From contig JAHBMJ010000063.1 of NCBI GenBank assembly GCA_018398765.1, forward strand, positions 1 to 57,959: 57,959 nucleotides of DNA, given 5' to 3'. The notes beneath the pieces were generated by a model. The model was not told where the DNA came from. It saw nothing but the letters and a program-made list of their open reading frames with translations, and ran no database searches. This document shows positions 13,191-26,293 of this stretch, piece by piece (position 1 is the first letter of the stretch; each line of letters begins with the position of its first letter). This stretch comes from Chromera velia (Eukaryota). A program made the translations under genes and the position numbers.

Positions 13191-16100
13191 TCATGAAAGA
13201 TTCCTCAAAAGTCTGTTGGCCTGTCTGAAGGACATCGGTTGCCCCGACGACTTTAAAGCTCTCATCTCGGGTGACCGCAGCTCCTTTCCCAGACGACGCA
13301 GAGAGAGTCTCTTTCCTCCAGGGAGTCCCGCTGCTGCAGCTGCTGAGGGTTCATGTGCGAGCGCGTGCAAGCCTCTCTGTCTCCTCACATACGCCGCGGA
13401 GGGCAAAGTCAGTCTGAGGATTTTTCTGTGCGTGTATGCAAAAATGGAAGCGCGTGCGGGCCCATAGGTCGCTAAGTTGGCTAACGCCCTCAAGGCCTGC
13501 ACGCACACAAAAGATAAATACGATTAAGCGATGCACACACCTAGCTGGACATATTTGCATACCTTCCGCTTACAACTTGGGCGTTGTGGGGGGAAAACCG
13601 CAAGTGATCAGGATGACATTCGTCGCCAGATTTATCGGCTTTGTGAAGAGATTCAAGACAATTTCTTCCATCAGATCGATCATCATACACATGGAAGAAG
13701 CCATGGAGCGTACCTCCGTCTGGCACTCAATAAAGGCGACCCTGGAGGCGAGTGCCGCCTGCACGTTGCATGCGTGAAGTCTCCTGGCGGCTTGGTCAGG
13801 CATTTTGCTCCTCTGGGACCTGAGTCTCTCAACCACTTTGTCGGGCTCAAGCGCACAGCCGTAAATCCTCAAGTCTGCCATCACCCCGAAGGCCTCTGAC
13901 CGAGTCAGCGTCGAGTTGCCTACCGCAAACAGGAGAGAAGGCAGCTGGGCGTCCTGTAGAACGACCGACCTGCAGACCGTGTTCATCGTCAGTTCGTCAC
14001 AACAGGCAAAATGATTGAGGTGTCCGAGAAGACAAAGCGCAGAGCCATTCAAAGACGATTGAAGACAAAAACAGGACCACAAAAGATGAGTAGATGTACG
14101 AACACACAGCTGTATACGCATGATCCCTAGATCAACCTCGACAGATGCAAAGCTGGAGGTGGGAAAGTTGAATGTCTGACCGGCATTCGATTGACAAACA
14201 TGGTTGTTTGAATGAAGCATGCACAAAGGCCTAGACATGTATGTGTATTTGTGCGAGGGGGTAAATGAATGCCCAACCATCTGCCGTCGCAAAGGTAAAC
14301 ATAGATGCATATGCTCTACAAACCATGTATCTGTGTGTGTGCATGTATGTGTGTATGTGTTCTATTATGTATGAGAGACCAGTTGTCAATGCAGAAACGG
14401 ATTGAAGGAGCGACGTCTGTTCCCTTCTCCCCTGAGGCCTCGGAGGAGAACGACGGCAAGTGTTGGACCACAGTCAGGAGATGCCACCTGCATACATCGA
14501 GTCAGTCAAAAACACACATTTATTGGAGTACATACATTCAACATACAACAGGCATGAGACGGAATCGAGAACCGCTAGGACACTTCACCTGCTTCTGGGG
14601 AGGTACCGAAATTGACTGAACGTTCTTTTCATGCAGAGGCATGAGGCAGGCAGGGCGAACTCAAATTCTTTCTATGTCCTCACTTCCAAATGATCCAGCC
14701 GCCTCCTCTCCGCGGGGCTCATGGCACTACTGTGCTTTTTCAGTCCATGAAGGGAAGATGCCCAAATGAGAAAAATAACCCCCCCTAACCACCCCCCCCC
14801 CCCNNNNNNCCCCCCCAACCCCCCCCCCCCCCCTCCAAGGGGCCTACCCAGGTTCCATTTTTGGAACATCCTCGACTTCCATCTCCATTCCGTCGGCGAG
14901 AGTAAGAAACCACCTTCTGTCCTCTGAAACGAAAACAACCCTCAGTCTTTCTCCACCGCTCTCAAGCAGACAATGTGCGTGTTTCCGTACCCCTACCCCC
15001 CCTGCCGTCCCCCCCTTTTTGAAATTCAGGTCGGGGGCGTCTGCCAACGGCCAGAAGATCCACACTGACAGGCTCCAACCGGGGATGGGCCTTTTCTGCT
15101 GCATCGGGACACTCGACTCTCTGTCCCACGCATGTCTAGGTATACTTTTTTGTGCGAACGTATCAGAGAAGCAGGCTTGCGTTAGAAGGGATGGAGGTCG
15201 CAAAGGATCAAGACCATCCGGGTGCAGGATGATCACCGAAGGACCTGTAAACTTCACACCCCACGTACCATCATACATTCCTGTTCCTGTCTCGACAGGC
15301 CTGAGAGCAGAGTTCTCTTTCTGTTGCGCTGCTCGAAGTTTAGTGTGTTTTTTGTCTTGGGCGATGCCGAAGGCCCCAAAACCCGCATTGTTTCCGTTCT
15401 CGTTCTGTGGCTTTTCCTTGATCCAATTCAAGCTTTGCTTTTGATCCTCTTTCCCCGTCTCTACAGACTCTGTTTCACTGCTGCCAGTGGCATCATCGCT
15501 CTCATCGGACTTCCCGCTTCCTTTCTTCTCTCTTTCTTTTCTGCCACTCTCCCCAGTTAGAGCCAAGGGAAGCAAAACGTTCGCGGAGTCCACGTCGACT
15601 CTACCACTGTTGTCAAATTTGAGCCAGCACACGAGGCGCTGAGGTGCGTAGAGAAGATTTGCGATGCACACACACGCCTCACGCGCCTCACTTGCTGCGC
15701 CCCTAGCGAGAACGTTGATCAAAGCCGGAAACATGTCGGCTAGAACTCTTTCTTTGTATTCAGTACGAAGCGCAGCCTTGGAAAAGAAACTCAGATACAG
15801 CATTGCTGCAACAGGGCGGGTGTAGTGGAGAGCTGCGGACATACTGAGAGGGGGAACGCGAATCTGTACTGTTAGGCCCTGAACAGTCAACGTTTCTTTG
15901 GAGAAATTTGTCTCTTCTCCCGACACAACCTTCCACCCCGGGGCAGTGTTTCGCCAGGCTCTCTCAACAGCCAGACTTTGCACACGTCTAGCTGCTGTCT
16001 TCTTTTCTCCCCGTCTGCTGGTGAGCTCTTTTCCCTCTTCCTTCACACTTCTTTCGAAAAAATCCCCGAGAATCGGGAGTGTGTCCGTCATCTCGGCCTC

Positions 16101-16344
16101 CTTCTTGTCTCTCTCGAGCAACACTGCCGGGTGCTGCTCCCATAAGTCACCGTACACAAGCCTGTACTTCTCTTCAGCTGTCAGAAAGGAGGCGTTGAAA
16201 GACTCCTTCTTCCGTCTGGCCTCTCTCCTCAGGGCCTTGGATTGTTCCTCCTGGATGCGGAAATCGACCGCGAGAGACGTGCACTCACGCCACCCTCGCT
16301 CCATCTGATTCCACCTGCAGGAATGCACACACACACTTACACAG

Positions 16345-16380
<36 letters not shown>

Positions 16381-18160
16381 ACACAGTCACACACACACAC
16401 ACACACTTACACAGTAAGAAAGAAAGAAAGAAAGAAAGAAAGAGGGTGCGCACGGAGAGTATAGGAGAAGAACTGTGTGCGAAGAAATGTCTTCTATTCC
16501 TCCGTGAACGATGAAGAACGAGCGAAGACGAAGGAGAAGCTTTTTTTAATTATGAATCACAAGAAAAATTCCGGAAGCAACCAACCGTTTGAGAAATTGT
16601 TCCTCTTCATCTCGAGAGAGGCCAACCGCAATCGGGTCAGCACAAATACACACAACGTGTGCAAGGAGGGAGATGTCTCTCTCTGTTGTCTCCCGCAACA
16701 ATCCCATCAGTTTTCGAAACGTAATCAAACCCTCAGGTCCCGATCCACGCACCATTTCCTGCTTGTTTGCACCTCTACTTCTCTGCAGCCATGCTTTTGT
16801 TTTGGATGCCATCATCTTGTTGAGTGGGTCATTCGGGCGCCCTCCTCCCTGCAGAGACCCATACACAACCTCAGCCCCCCCCTCGGACTCTAAAGTTCGT
16901 AGAATGATTCCCACAGGCCCAGGCTCCCCCTTCAACCATGCACCCTCCTCATTCCTTCCAAAGTTCCCGTTCGGGTCGCCACTCGTATGCAGACCGGCAG
17001 AAGTGACTCTCGAACGCCTCGAGACAGAACGACCCCCACCCCCCCTGTCGGAGAAGGAGAAAGGGTTCGACACCTGACTTCTCCCGTCATCTAGACCCCT
17101 CAAAGAGGGCACTTCTGATGTTGCATCAACCCGGAACTTTCCTCCCTCTGTCAACGCACCCCCCCACACCGAAGCTTTCCCCCCCTCCGAGTGAGCGTCT
17201 GCCTCGGTGGGAGCGAGGGAATATTCGGTGTCACTCCTGTTCAGGTTATTCAAACTGAACGTTCTCTGCCTCCCACCCCCAAATCCAAACTCCGTGCGAA
17301 CACTCGCCATACCCACAGTGGTCCTTCCCCCCGCAGCGACTGAAGATGCTCTACTGACAGACTCGCCCTGAAACGTCGTCGTGCCTCCCCACCCATTGTT
17401 TCCCCAGACGAAATTTAAGGGAACAGCAGTGGAAGAGGCAATCTGGTCGCCTGCGTCCGAAGGCGGGTATCCCGGGCTGCTGTCGAAGGGGTGGTTGTGG
17501 GGATGGGAGGCCACCAAAGCAAGAGTCCTGAGCACACTTGTCTCTATCTGTGTGATGATTTTCTTTCTCTTTTCAAGCAGTCTGCTGGACGTTTGTGCCC
17601 TCAAGGAATTGAAATGGATTTGGACTTTCATCAGGGCCTCCACCTTTGTCTTGGAGCCCTTCTTCTTCAGTGCGGTCTTCTCAGTGATCTCCTTCAATCC
17701 TGAGGTTGTGTGGAGATCCACGTCGTGACCAAATTGCTTGAACTGACTCACGGCGTCCTGCATGAACTCAAATACATACAAATAAGTGAAGGGTGTGTAC
17801 ACTTTTACACATGTATGTATCTATGGATGTTTTATGTGACACACAACTATTTTTGGCACCTCCGCAGGCTCTCTGTGATTTATTTGTTATATGTCGTCTG
17901 ACGCCAAGTGCAGCCCTATCGATGTACTGCACATCTGATCTTTCGCAAAGGGCGATGAGGTCTTGTGCATTTGAGCTTTACGGTAGATCAAAACTGAATC
18001 ACGCATGGACTGCATCTGTAGGCTCTTTCGTCGCAGATGTCTTCCCCCATCTGTGCGTCTGTCTTTGTGGGCGTGCGTGCGAACGTATGTATGCATGGGT
18101 GCATGCATACATGAATATGCACTTATCGGCCTGCCGTGCACAACACATTCTAAACCACCG

Positions 18161-18223
<63 letters not shown>

Positions 18224-21200
18224 AAGAGAGCGCAAATCTCGGCAGCTTACCGCCTCTGCAGAGTCTCGGCTGGCGTCGCAGTCATCCGCCTCTCCATCCT
18301 CATCCCCGAGAAGATCAGCTCCTGCTTTCCTTGCTGCCCCAGACGCCCCCCCTCCCCTTCCCCTCGAACCCTCAAGATGGTAATCTGTTCCATCAGTTTG
18401 CAGTAGCTGCGCAGGTGTGCCGTCCTCCCCTCTGCCCCCCTTGCCTCCGCCCGGGGTCACCTTTGCCCTCTGCTTCCTTTCCCATCTTCTCGCATCTGCA
18501 AAATAAATTTTCAAATCACCCAACCGCTGGAAGAAGCGGCTCTCTAAAATTCTCTCCCAGATGCGCAGCCGTGTCAACATCTTTTGGGTTGGCCGGGTCA
18601 TTGCCAACTGGGTCAGTGTGTCTGCCAGAATGAGAACGTAGTCTAACTGGCTGTCTGCACTTATCTGCAACAGCAAGTCCAGAATTTGACCTGCAAATGC
18701 CCCCCCAAACGATGGATGTCTCTGCACAAGGTCGCTGCCAATAGCTGCCCTTACGGAAGGTATGACAAGCTTATGGATGAACCTTTCAGGCAAAGCAAAC
18801 GCAGCGTCGAGGTGTCTGAGGTCTTCATGTGAGAGGAGAGTTGAGGCGAGGGGATCACTGAGGAGCTGCCAGACACACCCAGACAAGTAGCCGAGGAACT
18901 TAAATTCCCACTCGGCGGAGGACTCAGCGGAGGGCAGACTGAATCTGTCTAGGGGACCCGCGTCTTTCTTCACTGCAGACCCTTCTTTTGCACCCTGCTC
19001 CTTGCCCAGTTCATGAGGATCGATGAGACCGGGCAGACGTCTCCTGATGATTGACTGGGCGCGGTCACTCCAGAGACGTGTGATGGAAGCACAGAAGGAG
19101 TGCATTGAGTGGACCTCCTCCGATGACAACACCTGAAAGAAAGAAGAGAGAGTGTCGCGAACTATCTCTCATACGAGGAAGACATACATTTGATCATGTA
19201 CCAGGTTTTGGCCTTCAAGGAGAAAATGAGTCCCTCAGGCTTCGGATGCTTCTCAATGAAAACTTTTCTTCAGAGAAAATCAGTCAACATTCATCGAAGA
19301 TGAGCAGTAGAGAGGAAATACTTCGAGCTGAACATCGACACTTCAAAATGCTGTTTGCACAAAAACTTCGGCATTTGCTCCTCTCTCACTCTTCCATGCT
19401 TCGCTTGCTTAGTCACTGATCGACCCAGCTTTTGCATGCATGCTGCATGTGCATGCATGTGTGTACGCACCTACCTTGTGTATGGTGTGTCGCGCTGCCT
19501 CGAGCACTCCCCTGCTCTGAGAGTCTCTGCTCAACTTTCTCATCACCTCCGCGGTAGTCTCGCGCCGGCACACCCAGAGCACGAGACGGCAGGTTTCGGC
19601 AAGCACCTGCATGCACACAGGCGGGATGCGTACGCGCACCATGCACCATCGGGGTCAGAGCATACAAAGATATATTCTATTAAGCAAAACCGGAGACTGC
19701 ACTGTCTTTGCGACAGATCCAGAGAACGAGATGTCGAGCATCTACAAGCTCCTGGACATTACACGAACGAGCGACGAAAAAAGGATTATCCATTCTCTGT
19801 GGAAAGGAGAGAGGACTCCCCTTCGGACTGCAAAAAAAAGCAGACGGATGCAAAGGCAATCAATCAAAAGTCAGACTTGCTCATGAACAGATCACCCCAC
19901 CCCAAGCCGAACACGCACCAGCACGCACGGCCCCCCATCGCGTGTATGTATGCATTCGATCATTCTTGTAGGATACAAGCAATGCACTCACCGGGACACT
20001 CTGGGCGTTTGAAAGGATCGCAGCAATGACTTTGAAGTCGAGGCGAAATTTGAGGCCCCAGAATGCAAATGTACCGAGGAGACTCGCAGTCTGTCTCATG
20101 GACGAGTGCAGAGCGAGGGCCTGGGCCTCTTGCAGAGTTGCCATCTGAGACATCGAGATACCTCCCGGATCGTCCCACCTGCATCAAAGAGTAAAATTGA
20201 ATCCTCTGGTTAGTCGTTTGTTGTGTGTGTGCGTGTGTGTGCGTGTGTGCGCGTGTGTGTGCGTGTGTGCAATTTTCTTGTTTTTGCGTATGTGGAAGGC
20301 ACGACTTTCCACTTTCTCTTTCAGTTCTCTTGCAAGCGTGCACCTGCCCATTCTGACCTGGTCAGATAATGCAAGCCGCTGTGTCTCTGCGCGGAGATCT
20401 CCGATAGATGCCGTCTCTCCACGACCGCCGGAAGCATCGCGTCCTCCCCCGTCTCCCCGCTGTCTACCACTGCCCCTTCAGGGTACCCGGACTGGTCCCC
20501 CCCAGTGCCCTTCAGCTTCTCTGCCCCACCCTTTCCATCAATCTCCCTCCCGGTCTCTGCACTCGTTGACAGAGGGAGGGAGAGCGAAGACATCCGAATG
20601 AGCCGACTCCCGATCTGCATGAACATGTAATGAGAAAGCAGGGTGGATTTTGTGCTTTCATTTGGTGCGATAAACGTATTTTTCTGATTGAATCCGGAAG
20701 CTTGAAGGATCCATCAGAGTGTCACCCAGGTGTCAATCATCAAACGGGAAGAATCAAAGAAGGAAATTTAACTGCATGGTCAACAGACATGTGTGAGAGG
20801 TCTGATCAAAAGGGTCTTGGTTCCCCTGGGATTGTCTGTGCCAAGCACTTAAGTCGGTGAAAGAATGATTTTATGCCTCCTTTTCTGTGATTGATCCGCT
20901 TGGTCTGTTTGACGGTCTGACCGTGGAGAAGTATTTGCTCATTTGCTCGGGCACGTTGGCAGAAAGCAGGTCGTTCTTGTTCTCTATGTTCCGAGTCAGT
21001 GCCGCAAAAATCGAACACACCAGAGCTGCTGACTCCTCGACCTGCGCAGACGGACACCAAAAGGTGGACATTCAGTTTCAGACACATCAAAAGATACATG
21101 CAGGAAGTGTGAAACTGCGGATTATTTCCGCGAAAGAATGGACAAAAAAGCAAATGACGCAAAGGGCTTCAGACTCCCCCAACATGTGAGGACAAAGTGG

Positions 21201-22125
21201 TGAGCGGAGTCACTTTCTTCGGAGATTCATTGAAGGAAAAAAACTGGCCTCCTATACAAAAATGGGTTTTACTCCCACACTATCAGAGGACTCATGTATG
21301 CACGAGAGAAGAAGTGGGGTGCAACAGACACCCCGATGAACAGAGCAGAATGAGAGAAGTGGTGGCAGGAAATTTTCACAGACAAGGAAAGCCTCAGACT
21401 CAACACAATTCCGAAACGCACAAGTGGCCTTCCTCTCAACAGCCACATAAATGAAAGAAGTACCATTGAGAAACAAAATATTCGATCGATCCATCCCAAC
21501 CACGAGGGGGGCCTCCCCGTCTGACCGACCAAGATGAGAGAGCTACAGAGAAAGTTGATGACAGCAGGGGAGTTTCCCGCAATCATGGGGTGGAGGTCTC
21601 TGAATCTTGCCATTGCGTAGAAGATCTCACACGCCCACAAGTGCCTCTCGGCCAGGTGTCGCTGTCTCTCCCCCTCCTCCACTGCGGTGTCCCCTCCCCC
21701 GTCTGCTTCCTCGCTCGCCGTTTCGGCAGGATTCCTCAAAGCAACCATCAAAACATCCCTAACGATGGAATACTTCGCCAGTTCTTGCCTGAACCTCCTG
21801 TGATGAAGGAATGACATCATGATGCGCAGAGCCAGGCACTTCCATTGTTCATCATGGCGCCGAAATGCCCACATGAGACAACGAAGTGCCCCGTGGTCGA
21901 ACAACTTCCCGTCAAATTCAAGAGCTTCCGCGTGCTCCACCTGCCCCTCATGCCCTAACTCCTTGTACCTGTCTCTCTTTTCCAGGCAGATAATGTCCGC
22001 CTGGAGCCTGTAGTAGGGCCTGAAGCGGAACCCCTTCTGGAAGGCTGCGCTCTTGTGAGCCATTTTGAGCCGCTCGTTGTCGTGCGCCAGGGGAATCTTC
22101 CTCCGTGGTCGGATCTCGAGCCTGT

Positions 22126-22160
<35 letters not shown>

Positions 22161-22705
22161 TTTGCAGATTTGTATTTTTGCATGCAGATATATACATGAC
22201 AGATATATATGCACACCTGCAATCCAGAAAACGTGATGCCAAAGGATTCCTTGAAGACACTCCTGAAGTCCTTCATTTTTCCACAAATTCTGATTTCACA
22301 CTCAACCCTGCTTCCCCACTCCAAATCGCCCCCGTGTACAGCTCGCGCTCTTCCGGAGCAAACAAATAGAGAGACAGAAAGCTTGTAGGAAGGCATGCAG
22401 ATAGACAGACCGGCAGACAGGCAGGCAGACCGTTGCGAAGACAAGTTCACAAGGGAGAACGCACACACGCCGTCAGCCAGGAGCATGTCTTCAGATTTTT
22501 CGGACATGCATTGGAAGATTAATATATATAGGCCATGCAAGAGAGAGACAGTGAGAGCGGGCGCTGACCATGCTCGTTCGAATTCCCTGAATCTGTCCTT
22601 GTCCGTGAGGTGCGTCGCGTGAGGTGAGGTGATGTCCTGTAGCTTGTAAATGAAAGTCGTCGGAGTGGTCCCAGAGAGGTTGGCAGAGCTACCCTGGTTG
22701 CCCAT
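13191..22705 (-). CDS. Large multi-exon protein with ARM/HEAT-like helical repeats, a LamG/ConA-like domain and an N-terminal MGNQGS myristoylation motif
   Basis: Chain of phase-compatible exons: 22705 MGNQGSS; ~22122 LEIRPRRK; ~21040 VEESAALVCSIFAAL; ~20610; ~20178; ~19605; 19132; ~17757; ~16315; ~13955 DAQLPSLL; ~13496 ALRALANLAT, ending at TGA 13191. ARM-like segments include ACVCIANL and ALRALANL. LamG-like segments include WSLSVWIFWP and MADLRIYGCAL. Some internal exon boundaries are uncertain. Confidence 0.7.
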
Positions 22706-23683
22706 TCTGCTTTCTCTTTCTCCCTGATTTTAAAACAGTAAGTGACGATCTTCGGACTGTTCTTGCTTGCCTCCCTCCTGTTCCGATTCGGTCAATCAAT
22801 ATTTTTCTGTTAATTATTCACTTTCGAGCTGACATGAATAAAGAGTGAGTGCCTGACGTGCCGATGGGGTGGAGTCGAGACAGGAAGCATGTGAACTTCA
22901 GGGATCCACCTCAATCTATTTCATGAGTTGGAGTTGAGGCAAGAAACTCTTCGTGCGGCTTTTCGATTGACTCATTTAAGGATCGAGAAAAGGCATTGAA
23001 ACAGTAAGAAGATGGCTCTTGCCTCGCGTCTTTTCTCGTCATTGTATACAGACCTCGATCGCTCGACGTCATGCATTTCAACTTATATATGTATAGATAA
23101 TTATATCAATTAAAATTAAGCATATGCAGATATATATATATAGTTTATATATATTATATATAACCTACACTTTTTGATTAAAATTCGCTCGTCCTGCGCG
23201 CATATCAGCGCGCGGATGTTGGTATGACAAAAATTTATAAAGCAACCCGCGGCCAGGGCCCCGCAAAACGCGGTACTTATAATCGATTTTTTGCATGTAA
23301 TGTTTTTGCGAGTGGTCCGTGAAAACGCTTTGCTGGCGCATGTTGGTGCATATCTTTCGGAAATGCATTGAAGTTGTGCCCCTCATGCAGAGAAGTGGGG
23401 CACTTTGTATCAGAGATTTCGCTCTTCTGGACCAAGCTCACTGCCTTGTCATGCAGGCTCTTTTCGATGTGTGCACGCCATAAAACCGGCTGGGTAGCCG
23501 GCCGGTTGGCTGGCAATTAAGCTGCCTCCCGAGCAGAGAATTGCATCGCCACTGTTGGGACTCTGCGACAAGTCAGAAGATCACCCAGAACCGTTTGCGA
23601 GGAAGAATACACCTCCCGACTCTTGAAAACCTTCTTTTCCATAACTGGCTTTTGCCTACATTTCCCCTACACTCTTCGACAAG

Positions 23684-24972
23684 ATGCCCGAGGTCAGTCA
23701 GTGGCCCATCCGCAGACTCGCTGCCTCTCCGAAGTGCGCAGAGATGCGGCCCTTACTTGTCTGCATCATTAGATTTCAGGAAGTGCATGAGCAGCGGAGT
23801 GAAAACCAAATGTTGCATGCGGGTGTTGCATTGTTGCGTGCAGGTCCGAAAGACGTGCCCCGCCTGCACGTAAGTCACTCACGATCTCACCAGTGTTCTT
23901 TCATTACCCCCCAGCTTGTACTCTTGCTCCATTTCGTTATCTGGCTCGAGAGATTCTTGGCTCGTGGTGTCGCAAAGGGCAGGGATTCAAAAGTGCGCCC
24001 GAATGACTGACCTGTCCCGATCAAGTCGAGTCTAAGTGGACGCGTTTTGGGAAGCATCGAGCCGTCAATCCTTCGAGATTGCCAATGTCGATTTTTTTGC
24101 TGTCCTTGCACGCCCGCTTTGTGTCTTTGTGTCGCCAATCATCGCCAATCACCCAGATGGTATTCGTGTCTCTCAACATCTGTACCTTAGCGAAGCGAAT
24201 TTATTTGTTTCTTCAACAGCGGATAGATGAGAATCAATACGAAAGTTTTCTGCACATCTTGTTGCACCTTTGTTGTTTGTGTGTGCAGTTACAGCTGGCT
24301 GGACAAGTACGGCAAGGACGAGTGCCCCAAGTGCCTGTCAAAGCTCTCTGCTGGTGCGTCGATGGGCGTTCACTTGCTGCTTTTTGTTTCTTCTCCATTC
24401 TTTCCCCCCACTTTTACTTCCCCTGCACAGTTCAACGATTTAAAGGCCCCCCCTGTCACTCTCCATCATTCAAAGTAAGTGCTGGATGGACTGTGTTTCT
24501 CTGGTCATGACAGGAAGGTGGCTAGGCGGGAAGAAAACAAAAGAAAAAACAGGGGTTGAAGGAGTGGTGTGTTCAGCTTTTCCGATCATCCCTTCGCTCC
24601 CGATTCTACGTTGACCTTTGGTTCATGCACTCAAGCGGCCGGACGGTCATGGGGTGTCTCAATCCGGGAGGTTTCATGCAGAGTAGGAGTGCAAAGTACG
24701 TGACAAGTAAATGTATGTGTGCAGGCGGACACGTGGCCAGGCAGTCTGGCGAGGCCTCCACCTACAAGCACGCTGCGGGCGACGCCCTCGAGAGCGCCTC
24801 TGGCGCCTGTCCCAAGGGAGGTGCCCATCAGTGGAAGTTCGGAAAGTGCGGAAAGTGCGGCAAGGGCCAGGGATACGACGGCGCAGGGAAGAAGGCCGGA
24901 GGCTGCACTGACGGCTCGAAGTGTTCGTTCAAGTTCTCCAAGTGCACCAAGTGCGGAAAGTCTGAGTTCTGA
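23684..24972 (+). CDS. Small Cys-rich (zinc-ribbon-like) protein, 115 aa. Exons 23684-23692, 23844-23869, 24289-24353, 24725-24972
   Basis: The exons sum to 348 nt with GT-AG sites and matching phases: [35 protein letters not shown]...[18 protein letters not shown]...[16 protein letters not shown]. Strong GC3 codon bias. Confidence 0.85.
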
Positions 24973-26293
24973 GCGCATCTGTCGATGGTCCATTGATCCG
25001 ATCGAGAAGCACAATGGAGCGAGAAGCCGTGCTCGTATGTGTGTGTGAAGGCAAAAAGCGAATCAAAACGAAGAAAGGAAAGAGGGGAAGAAGGGAAGAT
25101 CGAGGTGCGAGTAACGAAGGATAACGAGACAAAGAAAGACGACGAGAGGACGCTGATACGCATTTCCTCTCCTTCTGTCTCTCTTTTCTTTGCACAAGCG
25201 GGCTGCACAAACAAGACAGCCATGCGAGAGAGGGTTGGACGAGAGAGCGTTTTGACTGAGAAAGCAAGACCAAGAGAAAAGAAAAGGACGGAGGAAAATG
25301 AGCAGAAAGGACTGTGAACACGACACAACGCAACAAAGCAACGGATTTACATAGAACGGAGACGGACGGACAGAGAGACGGGCAGGTGTGCAAGCTCGAT
25401 GCCGAAGATGGACCTCGCTAGCTGACCGAGCTAGTCTCTCGATCGATCCTTGATTCGATCTGTCTGGTTCTCTCCCCATATGTTTGCTGGCAACTCTCCT
25501 CTCAATATCTCCAAAAGCCGGTAACCTGCATGTTCGCTGCAAGCTGTCTTCTTTCCTTTTAATACTCTATAATGCTCTGCATGAACATGTATGCATATTC
25601 GATCTCAGTCATAGTGGCGCGCAGGCATGCTGTAACAGTGAACACTTGAGTCAACATTCTCGATCACATCAATTGAATCTATTCATTTTTAATGATTACG
25701 AAACTCAAATCCCAAATGGAATCTGACCCAAAAATTAGTAGCATTGAAATCTGGGGTAAAATCAAATTTGTTTTAATGAATTCTACCCATGCTATCCTAT
25801 CCTATCATAAAAAAGAACATCCAGACTAATTTAGTGAATTTGATTAAATTTAACGCTGTTATTGGAATAAAACTGCTTTGTAGGTTGCCGCCAAATGCTA
25901 GAAACCTAGAAATAAGCTAGAAATCATGATAAGCTGCTAGCGATTGTGTAATTGCATTGATCAACTGTATTTTTTGACTTCCATGCACCCTGTCAGACGT
26001 TTGTGGAGTGTCAGCTTTCAACATCCTCTGCAGGAAGCGAGAAGATCGAGCGGTTTCGATCCAAAGGGCCTGCATGCGAATTGTCGAAATCATAGGCAAA
26101 GTGCACATTAATCTCGGATGGCCTATGCATGCTAACTCACACAAATGCATGCCAATACCACAAAAACAAATGTATGGCACGCTGCGGACGAAAGCAAAAC
26201 AGAGGTGCATGGCGCGCGCCCGCCCTTCATCATGCGCCAACCGATATAAAATTGCAGCCGCGCTAAGTGCAGCTATAAAACTCAAATTCTCCT

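Noticed and set aside
22340..22570. Possible in-frame TGA created by splicing in the ARM/LamG gene
   Set aside because: An alternative acceptor near 22270 gives an open, phase-compatible frame (RAW-TSGVSSRNPLASRFLDCR), so no recoding is needed.
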